Positions 23,115 through 37,379 of a DNA stretch of 64,000 nucleotides are shown piece after piece (the stretch's first letter is position 1; every line of letters begins with the position of its first letter). This stretch comes from Geosiphon pyriformis uo1 (taxonomy: Eukaryota > Fungi > Glomeromycota), in contig JAAOMT010000543.1 in NCBI GenBank assembly GCA_016748015.1, forward strand, positions 372,001-436,000, written 5' to 3'. The position numbers were made by a program, and so were the translations under genes. The notes beneath the pieces are model-generated. The model was not told the origin of the DNA and did not search any database. It saw nothing but the letters and a program-made list of their open reading frames with translations.

Positions 23115-25532
23115 ATAATATTTTAATCAAATGTTGAATAAACAAATCTGAGAAAACTTAACAGTTGGGGAAGAACATTTTATGATGAATTTGTCTGTGA
23201 TAATTTGAGGTAACTTTAGATCCCTTATTGGATTTTTTTGACAATGAAAATTATAGGTAGTTTTTATACTGTCAATAAAGTGAAATAAACGTTTTTCTCA
23301 ATAATTTTTTGTAATATCCAATTTCTGAATCAAAATCATGATAAATATTTTGACACTATTTTTTAAAGGAAAATTTCAAATTTAATTGATCTTTCTTTTT
23401 CATGTTCTAAACTATTAAATTATCATTCCTTCAAACCATTTATTTATTTCATGTTTCCTATCTCTTAACAGGTTTGTTCACAGAAAAGCCATTTAAACTA
23501 TCAAATTTGGAGGTTAAAAGTTTGTAAAGCTTTCATTACAGAGGCTTTTGATAATTTCTTGCTTATTTGTGAACGAATTATTTTAAATTAGCTTTGTTTA
23601 TTCAATCAAAAATATTAATAATAAACTTCAATTTTTTTTTTATTAAATAATTTCATTTATCATATTTTTGTTAACCAAATTTATAAAATTTTAATTTCAA
23701 ATATTTAATAATAGTCAAATATATTAAATTAAATAAAAAATTATTATATTTAATCTAAAATATAAAAATATAGAATAATTCTAATATTATGTTATATTAA
23801 TGTTTTTATAAATTTGTTTAAATTCAACTGTAAATAAATTTTTTTGGTATTGATAATTTGATTTTTATGAATTGACAGTCAGATATGTGTTTTTAAGGTA
23901 AAGTTAGGAAAAATTTTCGTTTCCATTAATAACAAAAATAAATTAATATTAGCAAATTCTGTGTCCATTTAGTTAAGAATATTTTTTAAGGTAAATAATT
24001 AATTTATTAGGCGTTGAATGTTATGAACTCTTGTTTAACTAAAGAATAGAATAATAATTCTAAATTTATCGTTTTTCGTTTCACTTCAAAGATTTTCATC
24101 CAATTTATTCTTTAAATATATAAATGGAACTTCTTTTATCCACTTGATACACTAAAAAGTTGAAATAATAACTTTAGAAAAAAAAATTATGCATTCAGCT
24201 CATGGGCCGAATTTCTTTAATATATTATGTTTTTAGAATGAGCTCTAAAAGTCTAATAATATTTATTGAATGTTTCTAAGCATTTGTCATCGTTGGAAAA
24301 TAAATTTTAACTCTCCATTTCTCTTGCTCTTGCGGTGTTGAATAAAACCTTCGTCTCTTTGCTCGTAAGAAACATGGTATAAAAGTAACAGGATTTTTAT
24401 TTTAAAGTGCTCAATAGGTTAACCAATATAACACGACTAACAAATTGTTTTTCAGCTACTAAGTGAACTTAAAATCCTCAAACTACAATACTGATCAGAC
24501 CATAATTCTCCAATTAGTAAATATTAACCATTTCTGAATAGTTTTCGTCTCATTCTCAGTTTCCCATCTAATATTATTGTTAATTAGCTAAATCAATCAT
24601 CGTGAGCGAGCTTCATGCATTTCTTGATAATAATACGAGACTTGAAAAAAGATTTCCAGATGACTATTATGCACAAACAAAATCATTGCACCTTTCTCGC
24701 ATCAAAATTTCTTCCACATTGTGATAAAATTTCATTTTCTCTTTAGACTGCCTCAGAGAATTTATAAAAAACTTTTAGAACAATCAATTATACCAAAAAG
24801 ACTTAATTCATCTTGCGTAAAAAAGCAATCCAAATTTTTGCAGAGAATAACTATCCTTAAATCCCAAAGAAATTCAAATTAATATTTCGCCTTTTAAATA
24901 GACTTCTTTTATTTCTTGGTCTCCACACGGTCTTTTGCCCATTTAAGGAACGGAAAAATTAAAAACCATGTGCTCAGGGATAACCCATTAAAATAGATAA
25001 TGGTCTTTGACGTCAGTTATCACACAACTATTGTTTAAATTATATTAATAGTAGTTGACATCTTTTGATACAAAAGTGATGAATATGACACCACAGGCAT
25101 TCTTAAATTTCATGATGTAAATGGATATCAGAAGTATGATATATGTGTCGTTCAATAGTTTCTTTTATGCATCTTCAACTAATCAGAATTATTTACACTT
25201 TGTCAAAAGTCTCCCTTACTTTAAGTAAATTTTTTTAAAACTTCATGTTCTCAAAGAAATCTCTACATACTTCCAAAGAAGGTACGTATTTATTCCTTTG
25301 AAGTAGAAATTTTGTTCTTTACCTTTTTAAAGTTGCAAACAATGAGATATAAATTGTTTTAAAAATATAAGTCAGGTCTACAATTTTTTTACTTAATCTA
25401 AACTGAATAGGTGCCCCACTAAGAAAGCAGATATAGACTGGTTAATCTGTGCGTGATCAAAAATCAATTTCCAAGAGGAACAAATCCATCTATTCAACTT
25501 TCAAATACATCACGATCCCTCAAGATTATACG

Positions 25533-28445
25533 ATGCTTCCTAATAATCAAAGCATCTCTGATCTCTCCACAAATAATCCAGTTGAGCGTCATCCAAGCAG
25601 TGTTCGAGATAACTCATTAGACATAAGCCCTTACTTAGCTCCAAATGTCAATCATGACGAAACGACGATGTTACCACCCCTGGAACCTATCAGAGGTAAT
25701 GGTGTCAAACCTGTTGAATTTTTAGCCTCAGTTTCTGATGGTAAGTCAAAGGAATCAAATTTTTGCCATTTGAGGATAAACTCAAACTCAAACTTAACCT
25801 TTCGTTTAGATTCGCAAACTTCTCTAATCCCAGCAAAGGAAATAGGTCCCAATGTCACACATCCAGTTGCGATATTGGAACACAAGATTTTTGACTCTAA
25901 TGGAGAAATACCTAAATCCGACATTCCAATTGCCGTTTCATTCCAATGTGATCAAAATCTGGCTTTGAACATCCCTAACGAAAAGACTCATTTAGATAAG
26001 CAAAGAACATTATCAGATTTTTGGAGAGCTGAGCAAATTCCCTCAAGCTCAACAGTAGAACAAAAATTGCACCGATGTACGAACTCCCTTGCCCGCGAAA
26101 ATAAGAAAAGTGAATTTGCTAAAAACATTTGAAGGTGCTGATTAAAATCCTGTTCCATGGAATTAAATGTCTCTTTATTTCAGCAAATGGAAACAATCCT
26201 TCTAAGGTGAACAATGGTAATTCCCATATAATGAATGGTGCCTCCCAAAGTATAGAAATTTTTGCTTCCAGAAAACTAAAGGTATTTCATTAATCAGTGT
26301 TCCAAAAGAGATATTGACCTAATTGACTGGATTTAAGTTCTTAGCTTCTTTCCCTTTAGCTCACCACAATCCCACGATTCTACTTCCCTAAAAGGAAAAC
26401 AAGGAGTGAAGTTATGAGCCCAGAGATACTGGTTATTATTTGAAATTACCAGCTAGCTTCCCCTTGAAATTAAAAGTTGAGAATTCGTTCTTACAATTTA
26501 AATCCTACCACAAAATTAAACTTATTCACCAACAGGAAAGGGTCCGGGAAATTTTTAGTGGGAAAGAATATCTCACACAACCACACTTTGCCCCTGTAAC
26601 GAAGGCTTGTGATTTGCCCAGGTATATAAGTGTTGCTTTTTTTACCAAAATTGACGAACTGGGTGAAGTTTGTGGGCAGGTAACATGTGACGAATTTGAA
26701 AGGTAAGAGCTTGGCTTTGATATAATATTGATTATAGAAAAATTTTAATATTATCTCTGATTTTGTGCAGAGCCTGGAATCATTTAAACGAAATATCCAT
26801 TGATGAAACCTCATTAGTCTTTAATATCCTAAAAAGTGAAGATGGTCAATACTTAATTCCAGATGATTTTTCCTTGGTCTTGGAAGGTAAATAATTTGGT
26901 TTTAGAGATTTTTTTCAGTTTTTAAAGAAGCTTGGAATATTTCTAACAGAAAACTATATTTTAAAGATATTGTTCTGAATCATCCGGGCCTTGAATTTTT
27001 AGCCAGCAATAATGTGTTTCAAGAACGATACAGTATGCTTCGTTTATATATATTAATATTTTTGTTCCCTCGAAATTGACTGATTTCATGTGATTCTTTG
27101 AAATTACTCAGTGGAAACTGTGATTAGCCGGTTGTTTTACGAATTCAACCGTAATTGGTCAAATAAGATGTCTATCAAAGAGTTCCGAAGGATGGATTTT
27201 CCATCCATGTTACGCAAGTTGGAAACGAAGATGGATATGAGCCATGTGGGTCACTTTCGATAATTTGTATTGCATTTTTGTTGTCACTTGGTTACACTGC
27301 TACATCAATTTGCCTCTTTTTTTCCAGACCCACGATTGCTTTTCATACAAACATTTCTATGTCATCTATTGTAATTTTTGGGAGCTCGACACTAACCATG
27401 ATTTGAGAATAAACGAAAAGGAATTGGCCAGCTATGGAAGCGAGGCATTATCAGGCAGAATTGTTACCAGAATTATTAATGGGTGGGGTAAAGTCAGTGA
27501 TCTACCCAGCGAAGAAGAATTAGCTGAGGATCCACAAATGAGCTATAGGGATTTCATTTGTAAGTATAATTTCAAACGTATAATTTTTTTAAACCTTTCC
27601 TTATTTTGATTCCTTAGCCATCAAACCTTTTGTTCAGGGTTTTTCATGTCAGAAATCGATAAAACTACACCCACTGCGATCGAATATTGGTTTCGGTGCT
27701 TGGACTTGGACGGTGATGGAGTACTGAGTGCATATGAATTAGACTACTTTTTTGAGGAGCAGGCTTGCCGTATGAAAATCTTGAGAATGGACCTAATAAG
27801 ATTTGAGGACTGTATTTGTCAGATGTGAGGCATTAGTGACCTTAAAATCTCTATTTTTCTGCAAATTAGGTATTTTTGAACTTATGAATCAATTCTCGCT
27901 CTTTATATATAATTAATAGGTTTGATATGATTAAACCCGCAAAAGAAGGTGTAATTACCCTTAGAGATCTGAAAAAATGCCCTCAAAACGCTGCTCCATT
28001 CTTTGATATGTTTTTTAACTTATCAAAATTTAGTCACTACGATCACCAACAACTACAATCGCGAATTCGACAGCAATTATTATTCGAAGAGAATGGGCAA
28101 GAAACCATCGGGATAGCATTCGAGAATATGAGGTAAAGTTTATTCCGGTATTTTACTACCAATTACCAAGTTTTTATGAAAATAATGTTGAGATCTTTAA
28201 ATTCAAAAAAAAAAAGTGAATTCGACAATTATGCTGAAATGGAATATCATAACCTTGTCGTGGCCGATCAACAAAATAGGAGACGCCTGGAACAACAATT
28301 ATTGGAACAGAGCCTTTTAAAAGACAACCGTGCAGCTAGTAAGTTTGAAGCAAGTAGAAAACATACATTATTTGGGACTGAGGATTATGATGAGAGCAGT
28401 GACGAAAGCGAGGAATTTGAGGATGATGCATATGAAGACATTTAA
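25533..28445 (+). CDS. PPP2R3: Protein phosphatase 2A regulatory subunit B'' (PR72/PPP2R3 family, EF-hand)
   Basis: IPRFYFP, HPGLEFL, FSYKHFYVIYCNFWELDTNHD, MSYRDF, EIDKTTPTAIEYWFRCLDLDGDGVLS, FEDCICQMFDMIKP..ITLRDLK, FFDMFFNLSKF; multi-exon. The start codon is inferred. Confidence 0.92.
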
Positions 28446-29531
28446 AGGTAAACGGCCGATTCATCTTACAAATTTTGAGATCACTTGGAGATTCTTTTAG
28501 ACATCTTGTATTAATAATTCCTTAGACATGTTAGCATAGAATCATTTCCAATTTCAAAAAAATACAAATTTTTTGTCTAGTAGGTTTTAGTATTTAACCT
28601 ACAAGAAATTAAAAGTTTCATTGATTATATCTTTTAATAAGAGCCCAAATTTTCACGATTCTCACTAATCAATTAATCGATTTGATAGTGAAATCATGAT
28701 ACTAAGGCTCCTAAGAATTCAAAAGATATTTTTATAAATATCTCAACCTTTGCATTACATTTTTTACGAATCCAATAAAGATAAAACCTAAGATAAAATA
28801 TTTCAAATGAATTACTAATCTGTTCAAAGAATTCTAATTTTCAAAAAAAATTACATGAGCTACTTGGAAGCAAATTGATATTTGTTTGTAATGGTTGTAT
28901 ATTTTTCTTAATCATCATTCTTGTCAAGACATGGATTATTTTTTCTGGATTATTCAGTATAAACTTGTTTTCCTGAGAAATCTGTATTTGGTAAGAGCGG
29001 TCAATTATTAAAATAAAAATGTATACATCCCATGTTGGTATTTATTCATAAGCATAATTGTCGCAATTCATTTTTAACCATTGTTACATTAATAAAGTTT
29101 CTTGATCGTGAAGCACAAACTCAAGATCAGCAAAAATGCCAAAAAAATATAACAATACATAATTTTCAAAGCTTACGAAATAAAAAATAAAATTTCACAG
29201 CCAATTGAAAATATAAATTCGTAAAAAATAAAATCTCCGAAAAAAGCGTTCAAACATAATTTTATATCAAACTATCTATCAAAATTGCTTTCATTATTGT
29301 CAAAAACTAAAAAAATTTTACAACGTTTATACGCAAACTCCATTTTTAATTTTTTTATTTAATTCATGATGGCTTTTTAACGACAGTGTAAAAATTCTAA
29401 ACATAAAAAAAATTTTCACGTCTAAATTAGTATTTTTTACGCATTGAACTTTTCTGTGTTCTCGCTTACTGAGGTAAAGTCCAAATTCAAATGTTCAATC
29501 TTTCTCAATAAACTGCCAAAGTACTTTAAAC

Positions 29532-31162
29532 TTAAATGCCGCTTCTTAACAATGGTCTGCTTTCATCAGATATTTGCCGGTTAAAGCAGGCACATATAAA
29601 ATTCCCAATTTTTCTTGAGAAGAGGCTTAGGTTCTTTAATAATAAATGCCATTTTAGGTAGAGCCATGGTTGTTTTTCAGTGATACGATCCGTTCTAAGT
29701 CGATGAGTCTTATCGATACATGTGTATACACAGAGCTGTAAAAAGAATTTCTTGAGATGAAATTTGTAAATGGAAAGAAATCTCATACAATTTTACTTAC
29801 AAAGACAGAGGCCAGAACACTTAATGCTACCGAGGCGGTTATCATAAACATAATAATTTGTTGATATTTTACTGCATTCATTACTGGGGCACCAGCAATT
29901 ATTTGACCTGTCATCATCCCAGGAATTGATATAAGGCCAATAACACTGGAAAATTTTTAAGGGTCGGTGGTTGAGTCAAATTCCCCAAAATAACCCTGTG
30001 CAAGAACCGCTAAAAATATAGCAGTTTACCTCATATCATTGATAGTAGGTAGCATTGCTATACGGATGGCCTCCATTGCGACTGGTCTAGCTGCTTCCCA
30101 TCTGGAAGCCCCGAACGCCAAGTAATTTTCAATTTTTTCTCGTTGTTCACTGAATCAGAATTAAAACGATTGATATTGACATTTCAATTTAATACAAACC
30201 GAAACTTGTGAAAGTTTATTTACCTGAGCTGTCTAAGAGTGCTCCCTAAACCGATTGCAACACCATTCATAGAATTTCCAAGCAACATACCCATTACAGG
30301 AATAAACTTAGAGGGTTCCCAAAATGGCTCCTGCGACATGGCGTAGCGGATTCCTTTTTTCAATAAATTGTCAAGAACAAGAAAATTTGCGAAAATCATG
30401 CAGAAAATTTTCCCTTTCGAGGAAATTTAACTTACCAATTATCCCAACAACTAAAGAGCTGACAGTCATAGCAATCAAAATCTTGAAAAACTGAAGTAAA
30501 GGTCATTTTGTGATTTGGAAATTGAAGCATATAAATAAGGAGTAATTTTCTCCGACAACAAATCAGATGAGATTTCTGAACCGCAAGATTTTACCATCCC
30601 CGGATATCTGCGTGTGCTTATATGTGAGACTATTTCATTCGCTCCAAATACGGCAAAAAGCACTGGTTTTCGATGGTCGATAGGTTTTAAAAATTCACCA
30701 TTTATTAATCATTTTCAAAAATCAAAGGTATTTACATGCTATAGCCATAATTGTGAATATGCTTTCTGTTTTGAAAACGTCTTCTAAAATCCATCCCTAT
30801 AGAGAAAAGAAAAAAAGATTTAAATGTACCTTAAAAAGATCAAAATTAATTCGTTTTCTTTACGCACTATTCAGCCCGCTTACCATCACTGTTAACTGTA
30901 CAACACATCGTAATGCCCCAATAAATAAGGATTTTTCCACGCCCAAGCGATAGCAAATGCTTATAAAACCTTTGGAAATTTTCAGGTAATGACGTTTTAT
31001 GAAAATCTTTCAAAGAAACCCCCGACAGAATCTCATATACTAACCATTGATTAGAATGAACAATGATGCAATTCCAACATTTTTCCATGTCAATATTACA
31101 AAGTCGCCATTTTTTTCAGGCCTCTCTAGGAAATTCCAAAAATAATTATCAAAAACACTCAT
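29532..31162 (-). CDS. UPF0014-family membrane protein (YbbM/FetB/STAR2-like), multi-exon
   Basis: LTWKNVGIASLFILING, RCVVQLTVM, FIPVMGMLLGNSMNG, YLAFGASRWEA, AMLPTIN, GLISIPGMMTGQIIAGAPVMNAVKYQQIIMFMI, HRLRTDRI. Confidence 0.92.
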
Positions 31163-31699
31163 AACTTCTAAATTTTCGTTGGGAGATTTTGCGAAAAGAT
31201 TGATTTAACAGAAGTTTTTTGCTAATGATAAAATTGATAGATCAAAATCGAATGATCCATTCTTTTGAGATCTAAAGAGCATTTCGCTTTTGAGCTCGAA
31301 GATCTGTACATTGTTGGCGGTCCAATTAAGAAGTTTGTAGGACTTTGAGTAACTCGCATGCGTTACAACTACCAAATAAAATTTGGAACGTTTTCAAATC
31401 AGGTTTACGATATAGTCAAGAATTTCTTGTGATCGGAAAGAAATGTATGTTGAAGTTAAAAATTACTTTGCGATACCCAATTAAAAAGGAGGATAACTGC
31501 AATTCAGTCATAAATAGAAATTTTCTTTTTTATTTTGGATTTATTTATTTCCATTTGTTACATAGGAAATACATTCGTGTAATCAAATTAATGAATCTGG
31601 ATGCAAAACTCTACAAACACTTATGGCCTGTGTAGTTACCAAATATTCTGAGGTTTCAGCACAAAAATTGAATTCCCTTTCCATTTAATTGAAGGAAAA

Positions 31700-32960
31700 A
31701 GCTTTATTACTATTTATTAATTTTGAATTTGTATTATATATTTTCTCAATTAAGTAAAAAATGGTTATTCAATATTTATTGTTGGTTAAATTAGTAAGAT
31801 ATTAGTTGAAAATTTAACCATAGTAATAAAGAATTTTCATTAATTTCTAATGACATGGTTTCAACTAATAAATATTTTTTGCATTTTGGTAGAAGAAAAT
31901 TTGATATTTGACCAATAGATATTTAACTAAAAAAGCAATATATTGAATAATAAAGTTATGCAAGTTTTTTAAAAAAATTTGGTTTAAATAACATTAAAAA
32001 ATTTACCTCTTATAACCTAAAGCCAAAAACTTTTAGTTATTTTAATTGAGCACAATTCATAGATTTTTTTGATAGAATAAATTTCTAAGAAATTATTTTT
32101 ATAAACCATATTTGTAATTATCAATTCATTAATTAATCATAGGCTGTTTTCAAATATTTTTTAAACGTTTTTATGAAAAATATAAAGTTTCAACATTGAT
32201 CCACAAATTACTTGCTTTTTTATTTTTTTCTTAATTTTGTTTAATAAAGCAATGAAACCAGTCAATAATGATAATTTTTTTAAAGTATTTTTTATATATA
32301 AAATCATCAAAATAATATTAAATAAAAAACATTGAAAAATTTTTTCTTTGATGTTTGTAAATAAAAAATCAAAAAATTTTGATGAAAATATTAAAAGTAT
32401 CATAAATATTATCAAAAATATTAAAAAATCTAAATATTTGCAGTTAATTAAATTATAAAATATATAAATTGAAATATTCTTTTAAAATTTGGTAAATTAA
32501 AAATTGTAAAAATATAAAATGACATTTACATGATATTATTATTAATTTTGAATTTGAGTTTATTTATTTAAATAATTATATATTCATTAAAATTTGCAAA
32601 AAAAAAAACAAAAACTTTTTATATTATTTATTGAATGACAAAGATAATACATATAATTATTGTGACATTTTAAAACTTTCAAATTTTTTTTATGCATCAA
32701 AAATTTATTGTTGTAACAATAAATCAAAAAAATTTGATTCTTTAAATTCAGTAAAGAATTTAAAAATAAATGATTATATGCTGAATGCTTGCTAATTTTA
32801 TTTAAAAATTTTCATTGATTAATTTAATTTTGATTTGAAGAATTTTATGATTGTTTTGATCGGTTGACCAATTGTTAAACAATTAAAATTATATTTTTAA
32901 GAAAAAATTGGTTTAGATTGTTTTTGATAGCTTAATGACAGCCATATTTAGCTACCACGT
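31700..32960. mobile_element. AT-rich hypermutated relic (unclassified)
   Basis: Strong C/G and CpG depletion with abrupt edges; no credible ORF. Confidence 0.35.
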
Positions 32961-33327
32961 TAATTTCATATAATTGCAAAATTAAATTAGACTTATCCTT
33001 GAAGCAAGGGGAATTAAAAGCTTTTGTGCCTGGACTAAAAAATCAAGACATTCGACTAAAGTAATAGAAAATTCCTCGCAGCCCCAATTAATCCGAAAAA
33101 AGGGTGATCAATTTTAGCCTCACCTAACGACTTGTAACATAGACTGATTCGATCACTTCTATATACATGTAGTAATAATTTCATAATGTTTAACAACAAC
33201 TTTTTCCTGATAAGCATCTGATTTGACATGTAGCATTTTTGATCAATTTACTACACAATTTTTTTTCCCATGCTCCTACAAAAATAAATAATCGTTTGCA
33301 AGCCGAAATTTTTCGAGAGAAAAAACG

Positions 33328-34006
33328 ATGACTTCTATTAATTCGTGTCAAAATTTTACAAGAGCTAGTCCTCTAATAGCCTGCTCCACTTTTCGACGCT
33401 CATTATTAAAAAGACGAGAGATAATAGTGATTGCTCAATCATATAGATTTTTATATAATTTTTCTACAGATGGAAATCCAATAAATCCATCGCTTTTTGG
33501 GCAACCAACCTTTAAGTTATTGCACCTTGTAGGTGGTGAGACAAGACCGAGACCGATTGGAGCATTTGTCAGTAAGCAGCGTGCGATAAACGAGATGATT
33601 CGTCGACATAAAATGGATCTGGATCGATTAAAATTGCGGCCGTCCATAAATCGACGTGGTGAGACATTTCGTGAGATTGTGCCTAAAGATTGTGAGCATT
33701 TACGAAATCGATGGATTGTCAGTAAAATGGGAAATATATGTGAGTAATAAAGAATTTTAAAATTATTCCTTGAAATATAATTTTCAATTGAGTAATAATA
33801 TCAAAATGTAATAGGTTATGTTGCCGAAGATGGGGCTAGGCTTGACATTGACACTGGTAGTGGTGTGATGCATTTGTCTGGGCGAAATCTAAATGATGTT
33901 ATTGATACTCATGTCGAAGATTACCAAGAGCCTGATGCAAATGTTGTTTACGAAGATTTTGACAAACAAGAATATCAAAAAGCCAGCAATCGAGTTCAGG
34001 AAGTAG
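33328..34006 (+). CDS. Uncharacterised protein, paralog 1 (possible mitochondrial presequence); exons 33328-33739, 33815-34006
   Basis: A single GTGAGT..TAG intron restores the frame. Clear homology and identical intron position with 35130-36019. Confidence 0.8.
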
Positions 34007-35129
34007 ATTAATAATTTGTAAATAATGGAAATCTGTAAAGCGAACTTTCCCAAATACTATTCGGGAGATACAGAAATTTTGGATAGTCATTAAGCAAATT
34101 TTGATATCTAGCCGGGCCAGTGTTCAGGTTTTTGTTTATTACTAGTTTGCGAATCTATGACTTAAAATAAATATTAATCTTATAATTAGAAAAAACTAGT
34201 CATTTGATTTGTCTACATTTTAAAATACACGTTCAGAGCTTTTCATTACTAACTTAATCGATGATTTATGGAAATTGATTTAGTAAATATACTATTATCA
34301 GAATTCGGTCGATTCAGCTATTCGTCCCAGATAAAGCCAATTTGAAATCGACATCCAAAGATTCATTCTACTTCAATACATGTGGAATGCCAAACTTTCA
34401 ATCTTCAATAAGCGGCAATTGTGATGATTTCGGCAAGAGAAGACGCTGTGGTGAAATAATAATAAATTTGTGTCATAAATGATTAATTCTTACATTTCAC
34501 CTTAATTACCTTAAAATTCTTAGTCTTAATATCATGATATAAAGTCCATCACCGAAATAATTACTAGAAAAAAAAGCGATAATTGAACAAATGAAATCTA
34601 AATAGCCCTCTTAATTTTTCTTTCAGGATATAGATTCATGATAATATAACGGTTCCTTTTTCTTAGCCCCCAAAACCCTCCTTTTCTACCTAAATGAACA
34701 GTTCCATTTTTAAGGCTGCAAAAACGAAGGCTAGTTTTTTAGTATTTAAAATTTATAATGGCTATTCCGAAATTTAAATTGGTGACACAGAACAAAACTC
34801 AATTCTACGGAAAATGATCGTCCAATAACAAATAGTTTGCAGTGTAACTGGGACAGAAATTTCTCCACTTCTTTAGACTCTCGATAAGAAAACTTTCTCC
34901 CCTTAAAAGGTCTTCAGCTATAAAACCGACCAGAGATATTCAAGCAAATCACCAAAAAAGGTGGAATCAGTGATGACTCCATTATTACAATCGGGCTTTG
35001 CCTGGTGAATCAAGTGATTTATCTATGATATCTGACTCACATCTCATTGAAAATAACAATCATTCTTAATAACGGACAGCACCGAGATCAACTAATAAAA
35101 ATAATCTATTAAGCTTTGATCTTCCAAAA

Positions 35130-36019
35130 ATGAAATTTTGCCCCTCACTTCTTAAAGCAAACTCGATTCCTGTATCATGGATCCCTAGCTCAAAAAACTG
35201 CACCTACTCAATTCCTGTCCAATTGACTGATCTGATCTGTCAACAAAGGACAAATATACGACCCTTAATAAGGACACCATCCACTAAGCTATTCTTTAAT
35301 CCAAAACCACTTTCTTTTCCTAGGACAAAACCGATTAATATGCGATGGAAAAAGCCAACCAAGTCCCAAGAAAAAATACTGCTGGCTATATTAGAAGAAC
35401 CTTACACAAACCATCATTCACAAGGTCATTCAAAGGATCATCAAATATTAGACTTTCCGAAGAATAAAACTCGTCTAAGTCCATCGCTGGCCGGTAAAAA
35501 TCTCTATGGATTGGAATTGATAACACTAAGAGCAGCAAACTACAGTCCTATATTTTTTAGCCGTGGACTGTTCGTCGACAAACAGCGGGCCATCAACCTG
35601 ATGCTGATTAAATATAAGAAAGATTTGCAAGAAAGGGAAGGAATAGATTCTTTGAAGATCCGAGGTGAATTTTGCCGAGGAATCATTGTGAAAGAAAAGC
35701 CTAGGTTTTCGAGATTTTGGAAAATAATAGATCTGGGAAGAATAAGTATGAAAATTTGTCATTTTCTTATATTTGGTTAAAAATTTTATTAGCATCTAAA
35801 TAGTGATTGTTTTTGACAATAGATTTGGTCAGCGATGGCTTGGAGCTAGAAATTGACGATGGCAGATCTGATTTGATACGTATATCTAGTTGTTTGGCCT
35901 TTAACCAAATTAATTATGAGGTTGACTATCATAAAGAACCAGAACCGGAGAATCTCGAATATGAAACACTCGATCAAGCTTTTAAAAATATAGAGTTTCT
36001 TAAGTCCGTGGATTGTTGA
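35130..36019 (+). CDS. Uncharacterised protein, paralog 2; exons 35130-35745, 35823-36019
   Basis: Shares G.FV.KQRAIN.M, RGE..R.I, W....G.I|..V..DG..L.ID.G and EP....YE..D with paralog 1. Confidence 0.8.
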
Positions 36020-37081
36020 GATGAAATGGATACCAAAATGTACAAAGTTTCACTTATTCAATTTTGGTGCTCCAAGACTTATTAATACTATTCTAAAAAT
36101 CATTTGTATTTTATCTAGTAACAAATCAAAAGTAAAAATATATCTTATATACAATCCGATTTCGGAGAATTTCATCTATTAAGGCCAAATTTTTCAAAAA
36201 TAAAACACTTGAAGGCAAATAAATTTAATTATTATACGGTGTTTAACCAAAGCATCCTTTTTTATATTCACTGAATGGGATCATTAAAAATGATTATCAC
36301 AATTATTCGCGATTAAAAGTTTTCAATCTCATTGATCGTAATGGATGAGATATTCTGATTTCAAAACTATTATTCAAAAATAAATTTTACATATTACAAA
36401 TAATTAATTATTTTATTTATTGGCTAAAAATAGAATTATTTCAATCACAGAAGCTCTTAAAATGAATTCAGCTGAATTATTTTTCTACAGTTTATTTAAA
36501 GCTGTTATCGTTGGCTTTAGGGCTTAACATCCAAGCTGAGTGATTTTCTTCAATAGTCTACTCATCTTTTGAAACTCGTGAAATACTTTTTCTTTAACAT
36601 AATAACAAATGCACACTTCCCAAAACAGCTTTTTGTCTACTGCTAGCTCTGAGACAAATATTTGTGAACACTCGATATTTGCTAAACCTGTTTTCTAAAA
36701 GGTGAAAGTGAAAATGTGGAAAAGAAATTCTCGCAAATGTATTTCAAAAATTTCTGAAATTAGTATCATTACTTGTTTTACTTTATTACAATACGAGCAT
36801 CTTAAAAATTTAGCGACCAGCCATTAGAAAGACTCAAAATTAATATTTTTCATTATATCAAAATATTGTTGTATGTGTTAAATTATATTTTCTGAAGTCA
36901 AAGAAAAATTTTTGATTTACTACGTGGATGAAAATTTTGAGAAAGTATATTTTAAATATATTATATGATAGTACATGTACTTGGACACAAAAAACGATTA
37001 ATTCCATACAACACTTTAGACCTAAGTTAGTATTTTATAAAAATATTTCCATAAGATTACAAATTTCAGGTTAAAAGTTTT

Positions 37082-37379
37082 TCAAGTCTTCAGCAATGAG
37101 TAGGGCACTAAGTCTTTCAGAATTTTATATTCTCGTATCAATATTCCCTGATTCAGTGACAATAAAGTCGCATTTATATCAACCTAAAATTCAAAATTTT
37201 CACGTAGAATAAAGAGCATAATAAATCTTTCGAATCTTGGAACAAGACTAATTCGATATACTTGACGGCCTGGAATTCTGAGGGTATAGGCATCCCATTC
37301 AAGTTTTTGTTTAGGCAGTACAACTCTAAAGGTCTTTTTAACACGATGGTTTTGTTGCAAGGAGTTATCATAGAAATCA
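37082..37379 (-). pseudogene. 3' fragment (exon-intron-exon) of an unknown gene forming the left palindrome arm
   Basis: DFYDNSLQQNHRVKKTFRVVLPKQKLEWDAYTLRIPGRQ | GTATAT..TTTTAG | VDINATLLSLNQGILIREYKILKDLVPYSLLKT*. Confidence 0.5.
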
